A stretch of DNA of 63,407 nt, filler included, from Octopus bimaculoides (GCF_001194135.2; 5 parts of 4 records of this genome joined end to end with filler, not necessarily neighbours in it); one strand, 5' to 3'; positions 23,210 through 37,904 are shown, numbered from the whole stretch's first letter. Notes: generated by a model from the letters alone, not told the origin. Program-made: numbers and translations.

Positions 23210-23519
23210 AATAGTATGTGAGTATATGCATATATACGTACATGTATGTACATACCTACATCTACATGTATATATAGATGCATGTCTGGGTACAGGACGT
23301 CACGAAAAAAAAACGTGGACAAAATGAAAAACAGAACATAAACAGAGCACAGAAAACAAACAGGCCACATGGAGAATATTTCCTTCATCAGCTACCCCTA
23401 TTCTAAACTAAGCGTTTGTGTGTGTGTGTGTACGCACATGCAAGCACATGCACATACACACCTATGTATACATATGCTTGTTTGCTTACGGGGTATATGT
23501 AAATACACACACATACGCA

Positions 23520-23549
23520 CTATATATATATATATATATATATATGTAT

Positions 23550-23582
<33 letters not shown>

Positions 23583-23599
23583 CACAAACACATATATGT

Positions 23600-23694
<95 letters not shown>

Positions 23695-23756
23695 TACATA
23701 TATATGTATAATATAGTGGGTACATGCATTGTTTGTATATCTATGTATGCATGCAG

Positions 23757-23853
<97 letters not shown>

Positions 23854-23854
23854 C

Positions 23855-23933
<79 letters not shown>

Positions 23934-23934
23934 C

Positions 23935-24002
<68 letters not shown>
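23520..24002. repeat. Compound microsatellite (TA)n/(CA)n then (TCTA)n/(TCTG)n
   Basis: Directly visible; source of the many IYIY/LSIY pseudo-ORFs. Confidence 0.95.
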
Positions 24003-24003
<1 letters not shown>

Positions 24004-25057
24004 ACACTATATAAATCATGTACCTTTGCGTTCTGAGTACAAGATGACTTGTCCATAATTCAGCACTTATAAACAATTTACTGCCTAAACAATACTTAAT
24101 TATGCAACCACTCAATCACAAAAAGATAAGCTAGCCCCTATTACTGTCTAATACAGTAATCTATTGTCATGTGTCACGCTAAACATTCACATTTAAAGAC
24201 ATAGGGCAAAGCCCCCGAATGTCAGGAAATATTGGCTATAACAGGATTTTTCTGCTTTGTCTCTATCTGACTTGTATCTGTATTTTTAAAGGGCCAACCT
24301 TGTCACATTCTGTATCACGCTGAATCTCTCTGAGAACTACGTTTAGGGTACACGTATCAGTGGAGTGCTCAGCCACTTGCACGTTAATAATTGTAATTTA
24401 TAATAAACATTATAAGAGAAAGCAATTGTAACTTCATTTTGCGTTTGAAATAAACTGCAAGATTTATTTCATTTTTGTTTCCGTAATTTTCCGAACTTGC
24501 TCAACGTGCATGTGAAATACTGTTGGGATAGGATAGTCCCAAGTATTTGTTCATTAGAATACTACTGGGACATTTTGTCCCACGTTCACGGAAGGTTTAG
24601 ATTTTAATTACGGTAGATAATGAAGGTCTAAAAAAGCGGAAAATGTGAAAAAATAAAATAAAAACTGATTGTGCAAAAGTCGGAGCGAAAGGGTTAAAAT
24701 ATACTTCTTTAAAAACGAAGAACGTATTAAATAATGTAGTCTTAGTTACATTGTCAGGATAACAGTTGGCTCACCATTGAGAACAGACGTCTGCTTGATC
24801 ACGGTGGCCCGGGTCTACACAATAACAACAACAACAATGACAATAATAGTAGCAGCCGTAGAAGTAGCAGCAGAAATCGATTGAATTTATATGGAAATAT
24901 ATAAATAATCCTTGGAATTACAAAACACAATGAAAGACATTTTATAGCTGATGTTGTCGATGATGTTGCAGTTGGTATTTACACCCAGATCGGCCCAGAT
25001 CAAGCAGACCAATAACCACCCCGTTTTGCTTTTTAGACATAACATAAGTCTAGAACT

Positions 25058-25406
25058 GTGGAGGCGCAATGGCCCAGTGGTTAGGGTAGCGGACTCGCGG
25101 TCATAGGATCGCAGTTTCGATTCCCAGACCGGGCATTGTGAGTGTTTATTGAGCGAAAACACCTAAAAGCTCCACGAGGCTCCGGCAGGGGATGGTGGCG
25201 AACCCTGCTATACACTTTCACCACAACTTTCTCTCACTCTTACTTCCTGTTGTGCCTGTAATTCAAAGGGTCAGCCTTGTTACACTGTGTCACGCTGAAT
25301 ATCTCCGAGAACTACGTTAAGGGTACACGTGTCTGTGGAGTGCTTAGCCACTTGCACGTTAATTTCACGAGCAGGCTGTTCCGTTGATCGGATCAACTGG
25401 AACCCT
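25058..25406 (+). mobile_element. tRNA-derived SINE family E (near full length, ends at scaffold join)
   Basis: Same head as 15468; tail gagaactacgttaagggtacacg..gatcaactggaaccct also present as fragments near 24290 and 29320. Confidence 0.85.
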
Positions 25407-25450
25407 NNNNNNNNNNNNNNNNNNNNNNNNNNNNNNNNNNNNNNNNNNNN

Positions 25451-25462
25451 TTAATTAATTAA
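25451..25462. other. Artificial six-frame-stop linker TTAATTAATTAA in a 100-bp join (also 48070-48081, 58150-58161, 62141-62152)
   Basis: The identical 12-mer sits in the middle of N runs four times (44 N on each side at this join) and gives TAA in all six frames. Assembly artefact. Confidence 0.95.
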
Positions 25463-27796
25463 NNNNNNNNNNNNNNNNNNNNNNNNNNNNNNNNNNNNNN
25501 NNNNNNACGTAATCCGAACATTCGAGGATTTTCGCTGAATACATTTCCTTTAACACATTCTGCATATTTTGAAAACTAACCTCGAAGTGAATTAATATAA
25601 TCTTGCTGCAAATGAGATCTTTTTATTCTAATTAAATACTGTTTTCAAACCTTGATTTCGATGCTTTTTTTTTCAAAAAAGAAATAAATTATTGTTTAAT
25701 TATTATCTGCACAACTCCATGGAAACGTGCAGAATCATTATTGCGTGAGTTTAAGAGAATCGACAGTCTTTCTTAAGACTAAAACTAACAGTTGCTACAA
25801 TAAATAATCTTCACGTTAAGACGAATTGTTTACTTATCGTCCTGGAAGCTTCTTCACTGTTTTCGTTTGTCAGTGAACATGTGACCTAGTACTCCATAGG
25901 TCGATATAGTCTCGACTTGAAATTAAAATATTCCCCTCCACAGCGAAAATCTGATGCAAAATCTCTACTTACCGAATAGACTAGTGCAGAATACTTGCAT
26001 GTACTTTTTATTTGCTTTGTATACATCTAATTGTCACTGAAGTCACTTTGAACCTAACTTCATTCATTCATTTCCGTTGAATTATAACCCAAACTCAACT
26101 CATGAAATCGATTCCGATTCAAAAATAAAGCAAAACTCAAACGCTTTTCTCTTTAACTATTTTACCTCTCCGAGATTATTCTAAACAATTTCGTGTTACC
26201 TGTTTGTTTTTTCGTTTTTTTTTAAATTCAAATTTGATCTCAGATGACTTTCATTTGCAACTGAAACTTTATTCTTTCATTCCTTTGTATGTTTCAGCCC
26301 TAAGGCTGCAGCCATACTGGGGCAGTGCTACAAGTTAATATTTTTCAAGTCACTCTCTCCCATGTTTACATATATCAATAGTGGACTGCACACTCTGTAC
26401 AAAAGACCACAATAAATTTTTATGATAGATTCTATGTATGTTTACCCCAGTAGCTACCCATATTCTACTACATTTCGTAAACAAGCAACAGGCACGTGAA
26501 AAATTGCCTCCTGCTAGTGCAATCATCCTATTACCCTAATGTTGTGTCTTCCCAACGACTACCACAGTTTGCAGACTCTACTCACGTCACGAGAAAAACA
26601 TAACATTTTGAATCATTTTACATTTATCAAATTTTTATGCCACTTTTTTTTCCAGATTTCTGGCTCATCTATTTAAATATCCAGCCATCTTTAGTCCTAT
26701 TAACTGAAATATATGAAACCAACAAAACGAAGCGGTTAATCATTATAACAAAAATCATTGAGAAACAACATTCATCTGTTTCCCTTCCGAATTTTTCGAA
26801 CTGCACTTAATTTTGGTTCTCTTTTGTCTGTTCCTTCTATTAAACAACAAATATTCTGCAGTCAATTAGAAATTCGATGACTTGTTAGGCCTCAACTATT
26901 ACTGCAATTTTTGTTTAAATTTAGCATGATGTCAACTGTTCATGAACTGCCACAGCTTAATTCTCTCCCTTTTAAAAAGTGAGGAAAAGTATAGTGGTTT
27001 GTTAAAATTATAATCATTTGGCCTACTTTGATGAGAAGCATCCGAAAATACTCCATGAGTATTCTCATTATGTATCTCAAAGGAGTAGGTAAGTTATATC
27101 ATTTTTTTCCTGGTGAGGAGTACCGCCGGACACGCGTTGACAGATAGATATCTAATATTGTATTAATAATATTGTATTAATAACATATTTCTGTTATCTA
27201 CTACGTTTTCCCTTTATATTATCTCATAACATTATAGAAACCAACGAATCTTAATGCTTTGATGAACAAATGATCTTATACACTTTCCTTAAATAACATA
27301 TGTATGCTTTATTCATTTGTTGCGGCTAACATATATAAACTTGTCACGTCTATAAACGTTACACACTCTTGTCAACATATTGCGTAAAACATATATCCTT
27401 TCGTCACAGCCATACACAACCTGATTTCTCGTATATAGGAACAAACATTAAAACATTAAAATATACGAACAAACAAAATAAGAAAAGCAGAAAACAACGC
27501 TTGTCTAAAGATAAAACACACGTTCGATAAACTAGTTAGTGATAAACAACATATATTACAAAAAAAATTATAGGTTTATCTTTGATAAATTCTATACGAC
27601 GGTATTGTGTATGTAGTCGGTTTAATATTTCTTCTAAGGTGGTGGCTGTGCTGATAAATTTGCAGTAGAACTTTCGCATTTGTAATTATAATGGAGAATA
27701 AATCGCTTCATCATTTACAAAATTGACTAACACACGGAAGCAATAATTCCCCAAAAACTGTATATACACGATGGAGAATGTTGATGCACATATATA

Positions 27797-28157
27797 GGGG
27801 CAGGAATTGCTGTGTGGTAAGTAGTTTGCTTACCAAACACATGCTTCCGGGTTCAGTACCGTCTACTATAGCCTCGGGCCGACCAAAGCCTTGTGAGTGG
27901 GTTTGGTAGACGGAAACACACACACTCACACACACACACATATAATGTGTAAGTTTGTGTGTCTGTTTGTGCCCCCAACATCGCTTCACAGCCGATGTTG
28001 GTGTGTTTACGTCCCCGTAACTTAGCGGTTCTGCAAAAGTGATCGATAGAATAAGTACTAGGCTTACAAAGAATAAGTCCAGAGGTCGATTTGTTCGACT
28101 AAAGGCGGTGCTATAGCATGGCCGCCGTCAAATGACTGAAACAAATAAAGAAAAAGA

Positions 28158-28160
<3 letters not shown>
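27797..28160 (+). mobile_element. Composite family A/B SINE
   Basis: Colinear with 21168-21515 and with the reverse complement of 10750-11150. Confidence 0.85.
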
Positions 28161-28195
<35 letters not shown>

Positions 28196-31100
28196 GCGGT
28201 ATGTTGATTGAGCTTTAGTGTGAAAGCAATTCCACGTCTGAAAATTAATGTTAATCCTTACAATCTACTGAGGCGTTGCTTTGGGTCTAAACTCTAAATA
28301 ATTCAAATTTTAAACAATAACTATTAACAAGGATTGAATTATGCTGTGGTACGTATTATAATTATCCATTCATTTATATTTTATCTGTTTGTGTACATAA
28401 TTTCCTTACGGTTTTGCATTCCTTTTGACTACGATGTAATCGTTTCGCTTGAATACATTGTTTTACGCATGTTAATAGTGAAATGATGTCACGTTTAGAT
28501 TGATTGGAATATAGAAATATAGTTTTGCCTTTCAACTTCAAAATGGCGAACCTACTTCTTTTAATCATTAGAATTTTACACTTATCTTTAGATTAATCAC
28601 TACAGTTTTCTGAGAGATCAATTCGCTATTATTATTAACGCTTAACGCACATATAAGACTCTGTATTATTTATTTTCCACTATTTTACCTTTCTACTTTT
28701 CACGATTGACGCCCAGCTTAATCATGCTGAAATTAAATGTTTTCATCATTTTTATTGCAGAACAATAGATTATGATTTTATCAATTTATTAATAATTTTT
28801 TTTTTATCCTCTTTTACATACATACATACGTGCGTACGTACATACATACATTCATACGTACATACATGCACAAACACACACAGACACGCAAATACATACA
28901 TACATATATGCATACATACATAACATACATTAATACACGCATATATAAATACATACATAACACATATATAAATATACATACATACGCACAGACAATACCA
29001 ACACTAGCAAGTACTTAACAAGTACTGGCAACCTCCCACTGAAATACGACACGGTAAGTAAAATGTTAGCCGAAAGAATGTGAGCAGAGTCATAATGTCA
29101 GTTGAAAGAGTAGTCGAGTGGCACGTCCCATCCGTGAGGCATTGCCAGCGCAATTGTACAAAATTACACAACCAGATTACATGTTGACGTATTAGTGAAA
29201 TCCCAATCACATTAGATGAGAGAACTTCTGATTATATATCCTTTAGTGTGCAGTCTACTCCTGTGACGTACCAACATGGATCAAGCTAACTGGCTCTACT
29301 CCAGTTACGAAAACAAGACTTCAACTTGATCCTATCAACGGAACAGCCTGCTCGTGAAATTAACATGCAAGTGGATGAGTACTCCGCAGACAGGCTTACC
29401 GTTAAAGTATTTCTCAGGGGAATTCAGCATGATATCGAATGTGACAGGGCTGGCTGTTTGAATTACCTTCATAATGCTTCTGCAAATATTTAACCTGATT
29501 CCATATCCAATAGAACTGACAGCATTAAAGGAAATTGCCAATGAAAAGTAGCAGTCCAACGGAGGACGACGTTACTATTTTTTAGCCCCAAGAAGACATC
29601 TTTTTCAATTGTCTACCGACACATGATCTGTGTCCGTATACTGTCTACTCCTCTAAGAAGTTCGTGAATCATAATTAAATGGTTCACCTGTGTTTTATTT
29701 TCCCCGAAACCAGGAACTATTCACCATCCTCTAATATATGTTTATTTAACCAAATTTCTTCACTGCTTTACTTATATGATATCTGTTGCCCATTATTATT
29801 ATATTTCATCTCCCTTTCGTGAAATATGTCATTTAGTGTTAGGGTTATGAGCATTTGTGCCAAACCCTAACCCTAACTCTAAAACCCGAACCCTAACCCT
29901 AAATCTAAAGGTAGTTGAAACGCACGAACGATGTCATAAATAACAGTACCGCCGATTGTTGTTGTTGACAAACAACGGCACTAATTTTATTCCAGGGAAA
30001 AGATCCCATTACACCGCTAGAACGTTTTGTTTACATTCCACAGCAGTAATTGTTTTCACCTCAAAAGGCGTCAGTGATTGGTTGAAATTACCGATATACG
30101 AGAATTTTAACACGAAATAACATTAAAAACATAAAATGTTCTCAATAACACTAAGAGTAAAAGATGTTTTATAAGACACATTCTACCAGTGTCCCAAGTT
30201 TGAAAGTGTTTCGTTAAGAAAACAAGTGGCGCCCGCCAAATTAGAAAGATCCTCAGTTTCTTCCCTTTACTCTCGTTTTTAGATGAAAATGTTATGTTAT
30301 ATGAAAGTGCTCAAATGAGAGTTTTCTCCAGACTGCATTAGTAAAGCAACTTATTCTGAAGTGATTAGGCAGGAATTTTATCTAAATATCTCTGGAAGAA
30401 TATGAACGAAAATTTTATGCACTCAAATATGCATTCGTGTAGTTCTGTAAAAGAAAACGATGCCTAACTCCTCAAACATTTAGGGGTAAAGTGCGGACAG
30501 CTTATGTGCGAGTCGTAGTTTTCCGCATAGAAAATTTCAGGTAAAGATCAGCGACATAAGAAATGTATTTTAGGGCCACATTATGTGTTGGTGTGGTTTT
30601 GGCATTTGTTAACACACGCGCGTGCGCATACATATTGTATCTGTGTGTGTGTGTGTGTATGTGTGTGTGTGTGTGTGTGTGTCTATTTTGGTAAGTCCAT
30701 ACCTGAGTACACATAGTGTGATTTAAAGGGAAAGAGGAAACAGCGGTGATTAGAGATCTATATTTAGAATGGTAACATGAATTTAAATATAATCTTTGCT
30801 GCTAATGTGAAATTGTAAATTATGACTCAATGCTTACTATGTATGTATGTATGTATGTATATATGTATGTAATGTATGCAATGTATGTACGTATGTATGT
30901 ATGTATGTATATTGATACCGAAGAGGCAAATCTCCGCCATAATAGATTCTACTCACACACCTTGCTGAAACTAACGATAACCAGAGGACATCAATTTCGT
31001 AGACACATTTAATGCAACTGTTTTATATTAATGAAATTATCTTCAATGAATTCTGACCGTTCCACAATTCTCTCTCCACCATAGACACACTAGTTTGTCC

Positions 31101-31271
31101 TTCCTGTTCCATTCTCACTTAAATATCTCGAACATTTTTACCTTATATGTACTATTTTGCAGTATAAATACTGATATTCTCACGTTGATATTATATATTA
31201 TTTGCATTTGTTATCCTAATATACAATTATATATATTTGCCTTTATATTAAATATTTAATGTACGAATTGG

Positions 31272-31311
<40 letters not shown>

Positions 31312-34019
31312 GAATAATGTACATTAGAAAAATTAAATGATAAGTTAACATAAATCTAGTGACACATAAAAGACGTCAAACCTTTCTTTCATAATGCTGT
31401 AGTATGGTTGCTCTGTGTAATATCCTGATAGAATATATACGCAGTTATATATAAAGATTGAATGTTATTAATGTTTTATATTTAGTATATGATTTTGTTC
31501 GGTTTTCGTGTTTAATAACAGTTTCGATACGAATACGAAATGATGATATGATTGTCATAAACAACACTTCCTCCGAAATGCAACAGTTAAGATCCATTCC
31601 ATAGTATTATCATTGTTAGGTTGTCAAAAATGTGTGACACATACTGACGTTCGTTTCATCATGCTGATGCTGGCATCCCATCAGGTAACGACGTGATCAA
31701 AATTAAAAGCTCTCTTTACTTCTACACACCTTACAAGCATCTACATTTGCGACAAAAATCCCCACTTCACGTATTATTAGTGATTGTTTCAGGCATTTCT
31801 TAAAATCTGTCTCAATCGGTTCGAGATGAATAGACAGATTCATGGATATAGTCTACCTTACGGTTTAATATGTGTGAAACTGACTACTAAATGGACCGAC
31901 GTTTTCAAAATTTGGGTTTCAGGTCAATGCCTTCTTTAAACAAATATTGGTTTTAAACTTTAGCCCAAGGCCAGCTATTTCAGGTGAAGTGGAAGACGAT
32001 TACATCGACCACCTTCAAAGGATGGAAGGCTAAGTCAAATCCGTCGGCATTTCACCTTAGCACCTAATATCAATAAAAATGCCACTAAGCATTCTGTCAT
32101 GCACGGTAACGATACGGCTAACTCACATCCTTAAATTAAGCAAATTTTACCAATTATCTAGATTTAACAGTTGCTGTTTTATAATTGGGTAAGTTTTTCT
32201 CGCTTGCATTAATGCTTAGATGCATCAAGATCCGGTTCAAAAGTATGTTAGCCGCTCCACGGAGGAGAAAAATCTCCATGCCTACCGTATATCAAAGAAA
32301 CTTCTGTTCATTCGCCATAGCAAGAGGTCATTCTCTTGCTTTCCATTTATCGTTTGTCAAAGTGAACTCTAAGCTGGGGATTTCTCACTAATCTCAAACA
32401 TGTTTTATTCAGGTTTCATTTGATTTCGTCTGATCTAACCAGAACATATCTACTTCTCCAGTCGGTTCTGTTTACTAAAGTCTTCTAGTCAAACGTAACG
32501 CCCTGATCACATTTTACTTGTGAAATTATGCGTCGGTACACTTCTAGGAAGTGACGTAGGTTGGCTCACATACATCTGAATCTTTGCTTTCAACGAAACT
32601 ATTTTGAACTCGTTCTCAAACTTGGCATCACAAATAACTTTAACGTGGTCCATTGCAAAACATGTCTTTATTTCCGGATTGTGTAGAGTAAATGTCATAA
32701 GTGTATATATATGTGTGTGTGTGTGTGAAGCGTTGGTTATAGAACATTAAATTTGAGTCAACGTCTTTACATACAGCACCACCACTCAAACTTCAGAGTA
32801 AATATAAATATGTGTATATAAAGAAATCCATTGCAGACCTTAAGTCTTTTGGGCCAAAAACTTTGAATACATTTACTGAGATGATCCCTTTTTGCAACCA
32901 TACGTTTTCGCCCACCTTTTTGAAAATGTATAGAAATAAAAGTAAATGTAATAAAATTGTTTAGCGTTACGGGGATTTGAAACCGGCGACGTTGAATTTC
33001 TGTTAACTACAGCCATCTAGGTGTTTAGTAATAGATTTTATTTTTTATTAGAAAATTTGGACTGGTCCATTGATGTGGTTTTCTTTTAACTTATATACGC
33101 TTTTCATAAAACTTTCTTTCTTTTAAAAAAATTTTGATCTGTTGAGTGTCTCCTGTTTATCCGAATGAGGGCGTCACCGCCATTTTATATATATATATAA
33201 ATATATATATGTGTGTGTGTGAATGTTGAATTTAACCTTGGAAGTCTACTTATTATGAACTTTTGGACATACTTGTGTGGATGGAGTAAAATACTTTTTT
33301 TTCAAGACTATGTGAATTTTACCTGAGGAAGTATGTTTACTTATGAAATCTGAATGTACTTGGATGAGGGAGGTAAGAGACGTTTTACAAATATCTTTTC
33401 AAATATTTCACAAAAAATGAATTTAAAAACATAATTTAATCATCTCGTTACTCTTTTTTTAATCGGTGGATATTTATTTTATTTTTACCTTTACTTATTT
33501 TATATTTGTCTTTTAGGTTTTTTGGTAGTTTTTGAATATTTAGCTGTTTATATTTAACATTTTTGATTGGCCGTTCTATTTGTACTTTATTCGATTATAT
33601 ATTTACCTTCTGTGATTGTATGTATATGTATTAGTTTTTATGTGTTTGTGAACCATGGTGATTTTTATATATGATTACATTTTTGAGGGGTGGGGTTGAA
33701 TGTAAAGTCTTTGACTCAAATTTAATGTTTGTTCTATAACCAATGCTTCTTTATCTTCGTCTCATTTATACTTGAGTACTTCTTTTGCTGTCCTATAAAC
33801 CCTTTTGCTTCTATTAGAGACAAATATTATTTCTTCTTGTATATATGCATGTATACATAACAATAAATATAAGAAAGAATGTTCTTATTAAAATATCACG
33901 AGTGGAAAGCGAATTATCAGCCGTATATATATATCGATGTATTTAATTAAATATATGGGTTTTTTTTAGGACTATTGCTCGGAGATAAGAGTTTACTTAA
34001 ATTAGCCGCTCTCATATTT

Positions 34020-34420
34020 CACCATGGCCTCAAGACAGTTCTGGAATCTGGCGAAAGACCTTCTTGATCTTGGCTACCAACTTCATGTAGAAGGCAGTAA
34101 GGTGTCTTTCTCAACTGCAGGTCACACGAAGCGATCCATGGAATTACAATCGTGACAATTGGGAGGCCAGAAAATAAGTCCGGTGATGTCGTAAAAATTC
34201 TCCAATCATTCCTCACCCTTTCTGGAGGTATGACATGGAAACAAATTCTGCTTTCAGACATATAACCATCTAGTAGCAACCCTTTCCAGCTATGGTTTGA
34301 TCAAGATCTCCAACAGCTTCACATAACTGTCTAAATTGAGTCTAATGATTTTGAGGGAGGGATTTCCAGCGTACCGACGCAGAATGGCTGGCGTGTCCCC
34401 TTCTGCTGAGCACAACATCG
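34020..34420 (-). pseudogene. Tc1/mariner-superfamily transposase catalytic-domain relic
   Basis: Minus strand: CSAEGD..IRLNLDSYVKLLEILIKP*LERVATRWLYV*KQNLFPCHTSRK..ENFY..FWPPNCHDCNSMDRFV*PAVEKDT, a degenerate QQDSAPCHTS / WPPNSPDxNPxD pair of motifs. Confidence 0.85.
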
Positions 34421-35630
34421 TAGCTGTCTGTCTCTCTGTCTCTCTATCCAGCTGTCTGTCTCTCCGTCTCTCTATTCAGCTGTCTGTCTCTCTGTCTCTC
34501 TATCCAACTGTCTGTCTTTCTCTATCTCTCTATCCAACTGTCTGTCTATCTGTCTGTGTGTCTCTCTATCTATCTATCTGTCTGTGTGTCTCTCTATCTA
34601 TCTATCTATCTGTCTGTGTGTCTCTCTATCTATCTATCTGTCTGTGTGTCTCTCTATCNNNNNNNNNNTGTCTCTATCTATCTATCTGTCTGTGTGTCTC
34701 TCTATCTATCTATCTGTCTGTGTGTCTCTCTATCTATCTATCTGTATGTGTGTCTCTATCTATCTATCTGTCTGTGCGTCTCTCTATCTAGCTGTCTGTG
34801 TGTCTGTCTGTCTCTCTAGCTGTCTGTGTGTCTCTCTCTCTCTCTCTCTAGTTGTCTGTCTGTGTGTCTGTCTCTCTCTCTTCTTGTTGTCTGTCTGTGT
34901 GTCTGTCTCTCTATCTAGTTGTCTGTCTGTGTGTCTGTCTGTCTATCTAGTTGTCTGTCTGTGTGTGTGTCTGTCTGTCTATCTAGTTGTCTGTCTGTGT
35001 GTGTGTCTGTCTGTCTATCTAGTTGTCTGTCTGTGTGTGTGTCTGTCTGTCTATCTAGTTNNNNNNNNNNNNNNNNNNNNNNNNNNNNNNNNNNNNNNNN
35101 NNNNNNNNNNNNNNNNNNNNNNNNNNNNNNNNNNNNNNNNNNNNNNNNNNNNNNNNNNNNNNNNNNNNNNNNNNNNNNNNNNNNNNNNNNNNNNNNNNNN
35201 NNNNNNNNNNNNNNNNNNNNNNNNNNNNNNNNNNNNNNNNNNNNNNNNNNNNNNNNNNNNNNNNNNNNNNNNNNNNNNNNNNNNNNNNNNNNNNNNNNNN
35301 NNNNNNNNNNNNNNNNNNNNNNNNNNNNNNNNNNNNNNNNNNNNNNNNNNNNNNNNNNNNNNNNNNNNNNNNNNNNNNTCTCTCTCTCTCTCTCTCTAGT
35401 TGTCTGTCTGTGTGTCTGTCTCTCTCTCTTCTTGTTGTCTGTCTGTGTGTCTGTCTCTCTATCTAGTTGTCTGTCTGTGTGTATGTCTCTCTATCTAGTT
35501 GTCTGTCTGTGTGTCTGTCTCTCTATCTAGCTGTGTGTCTGTCTCTCTATCCAGCTGCCTGTCTGTGTGTCTGTCTCTCTATCCAGCTGCCTGTCTGTCA
35601 CTTTGTCTAGCTGTCTGTCTGTCTATCTAT
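34421..35630. repeat. Compound (TCTG/TCTA/TG/TC) minisatellite-like array with internal gaps
   Basis: Directly visible repeated units such as ctatctagttgtctgtctgtgtg. Confidence 0.9.
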
Positions 35631-36618
35631 CTACATGCATACTCATATATTTATCAATGTATATAAATACACACAAACACACACATATCGTTTGTGTGTG
35701 TGTGTAAATGGACATCTATCCATTTACATACATACACACGCATGTGCACACACACACACACAAACTCACAAGACGGGGGATGATTATCCCTCTTCCATCT
35801 ATTGTCTCAGCTTCAAAAGATAATTCCTCAATCAAGCTTAAAAGAAAAAATTAAGTTCTTCATTCTTTGCTTTAATAATTGATTACGACGCTGAAAGCCT
35901 GAAAGCTTTGGTGACTCCTTTTAGCTTGTAAATTCTCCTATTATTGTTTTATTGAACGCATTGAAGTCAGCATTTCAACCTATAAATAAACTTCTCTGTG
36001 GAGACAAAGTTCGATGATTCCAAATACGAAATCCTTGTAATTTTATGTGTAAATGGATATACAAACCAAATGGAAGGGAATATACTGAGCTGGAATATTC
36101 TCAGAGTATCAGTAGATCATAGCGACTGTTTCGAGAAAGATACACAGAGGTGTTCTCCGTAATTATATCCGTGACAGAAATCTCTTTCATCCTTAAAAAT
36201 AGTTGGGTGATTTCATTGATTTTTATATTTTAAGAAGCAGAACAACTGTTAATTTATCGATCTTTCACCTGGTTTTGACCTGATTGTGAAATCAAAACTA
36301 AAAATAAGTAATGTCGATTTATCAGAGAATATTTCGATGAATTACGATAAATGTGGCATTACGAGAAGTTATACACGTACATTAAGCAAGTTGTATTTCA
36401 AGAACGTCCATAGAATTGTATTCAACATTTACTTCCTTGGGTGACAGTTTTCCAAGACCTTCGCAGATTCCTGTTGGCGAATCTTTTCCCGTATTAAAAA
36501 CAATGAAGTAAAAGAAATTCACATACATTTACATATATGTGTGCGTGTATAGATATGCGTACATGTGCGCGCTCGCCCGTGTGCGCGGGTATATTTGCAT
36601 CAAAAGAGAGTGATAAAC

Positions 36619-36782
36619 TACTCTTTTACTTGTTTCAGAAATGCGACTACGGCCATGCTGGAGCACCGCCTTTGGTCGAACAAATCGACCCAAGGACTTG
36701 TTCTTTGTAAGCCTAGTACTTATTCTATCAGTCTTTTTTGCCGCATAGCTAAGTTACGGGGACATGAACAAGCGATAATGCG

Positions 36783-36826
<44 letters not shown>

Positions 36827-36988
36827 TATATATGTGTGTGTGTGTGTACTTTTGGTTTATGTTTACCAAATCCACTCACAAGGCTTTGGTCGGTCCGAAG
36901 CTATAGTAGAAGGCACTTGCACAAGGTGCCACGCAGTGGGACTGAACTCGGAACCGTGCGATTGGTAAGCAAGCGACTTATCACACAC
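36619..36988 (-). mobile_element. Composite family A/B SINE
   Basis: Same orientation and structure as 10750-11150. Confidence 0.85.
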
Positions 36989-37582
36989 TAGTGGAAGATT
37001 TTCTAATGTCTAAAGTTATTTATGCATTCTTTCGTTTTAATTTCCGATGAAATAAAGTTTTCCAAATATTGACTGTTTTTCATGAAGCACATCTTTTAAG
37101 CAATCGCCCTCGAAGCCATAAGGGTGTGCAGCTCTTTGGAGAGAGTAATCGGGTTTAACTTAAAACCCCTTAAAACAGTATTGTAGCGTTGATGAAATAA
37201 ATATACCTGAAATAAATTCATTTGCTGTTACAGTTGCAGCCTTAGTAGCTGCATATAATTTCGTTAGTATTCTTTCAAATTATTATGTTTATAAGAGTAA
37301 GAATTATAACTCTTTCAAATGGAAAGTTTTGTTTTTTTTCTATTTGTGTTGTGCTACATTTTCTGCGCTGTTTTAATTACGAAACCATATAAATTTCTGG
37401 CTACTTTATGTATTTTATAAATAATTCAATAAAAACAAACTGCGAAATATGAAACAAATACAAAATTTCATGAAGAAGTGGTTCAACTGTCTTTCATTCT
37501 GTCTTCTAATCTATCTATCTATCTCTGTCTTTCTAGCTAGCTAGCTGTCTATCTAGCTACATACATATAAAAATATCTATGC

Positions 37583-37648
<66 letters not shown>

Positions 37649-37904
37649 ATAATACATAAACTAAAAACGACAAGCAATACATCTCTCAAATCCGATGTAC
37701 TTCTGAAAACCTTTGTCATAACGAGTATGGCTAAAGAACAGACACGAGAAACGACTGCAACTGAACTAAGCGCAGGCACGGTTGAAACATCTAAACTCAC
37801 GTGAAGGTCGTTGGTCATACCTATACATCTTTCTTTCTCTGCCTGCTTGCCTGTCTGTCTGTCTCTCTCTCTCTCCACACACGAATGTTGAAACAAAAAT
37901 TGAT

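Larger units (their letters stand above)
21811..24250. repeat. Long inverted repeat: arms 21811-22055 and about 24040-24250
   Basis: The outer 154 bp of the arms are reverse complements with 6 mismatches by manual count. An inner block of about 50 bp also matches, separated by a ~40-bp insertion in the left arm. Confidence 0.85.

Noticed and set aside
25451-25462. Recurrent TTAATTAATTAA palindrome (four copies) as a biological site
   Set aside because: Always centred in a 100-bp N block; it is an artificial six-frame stop linker.
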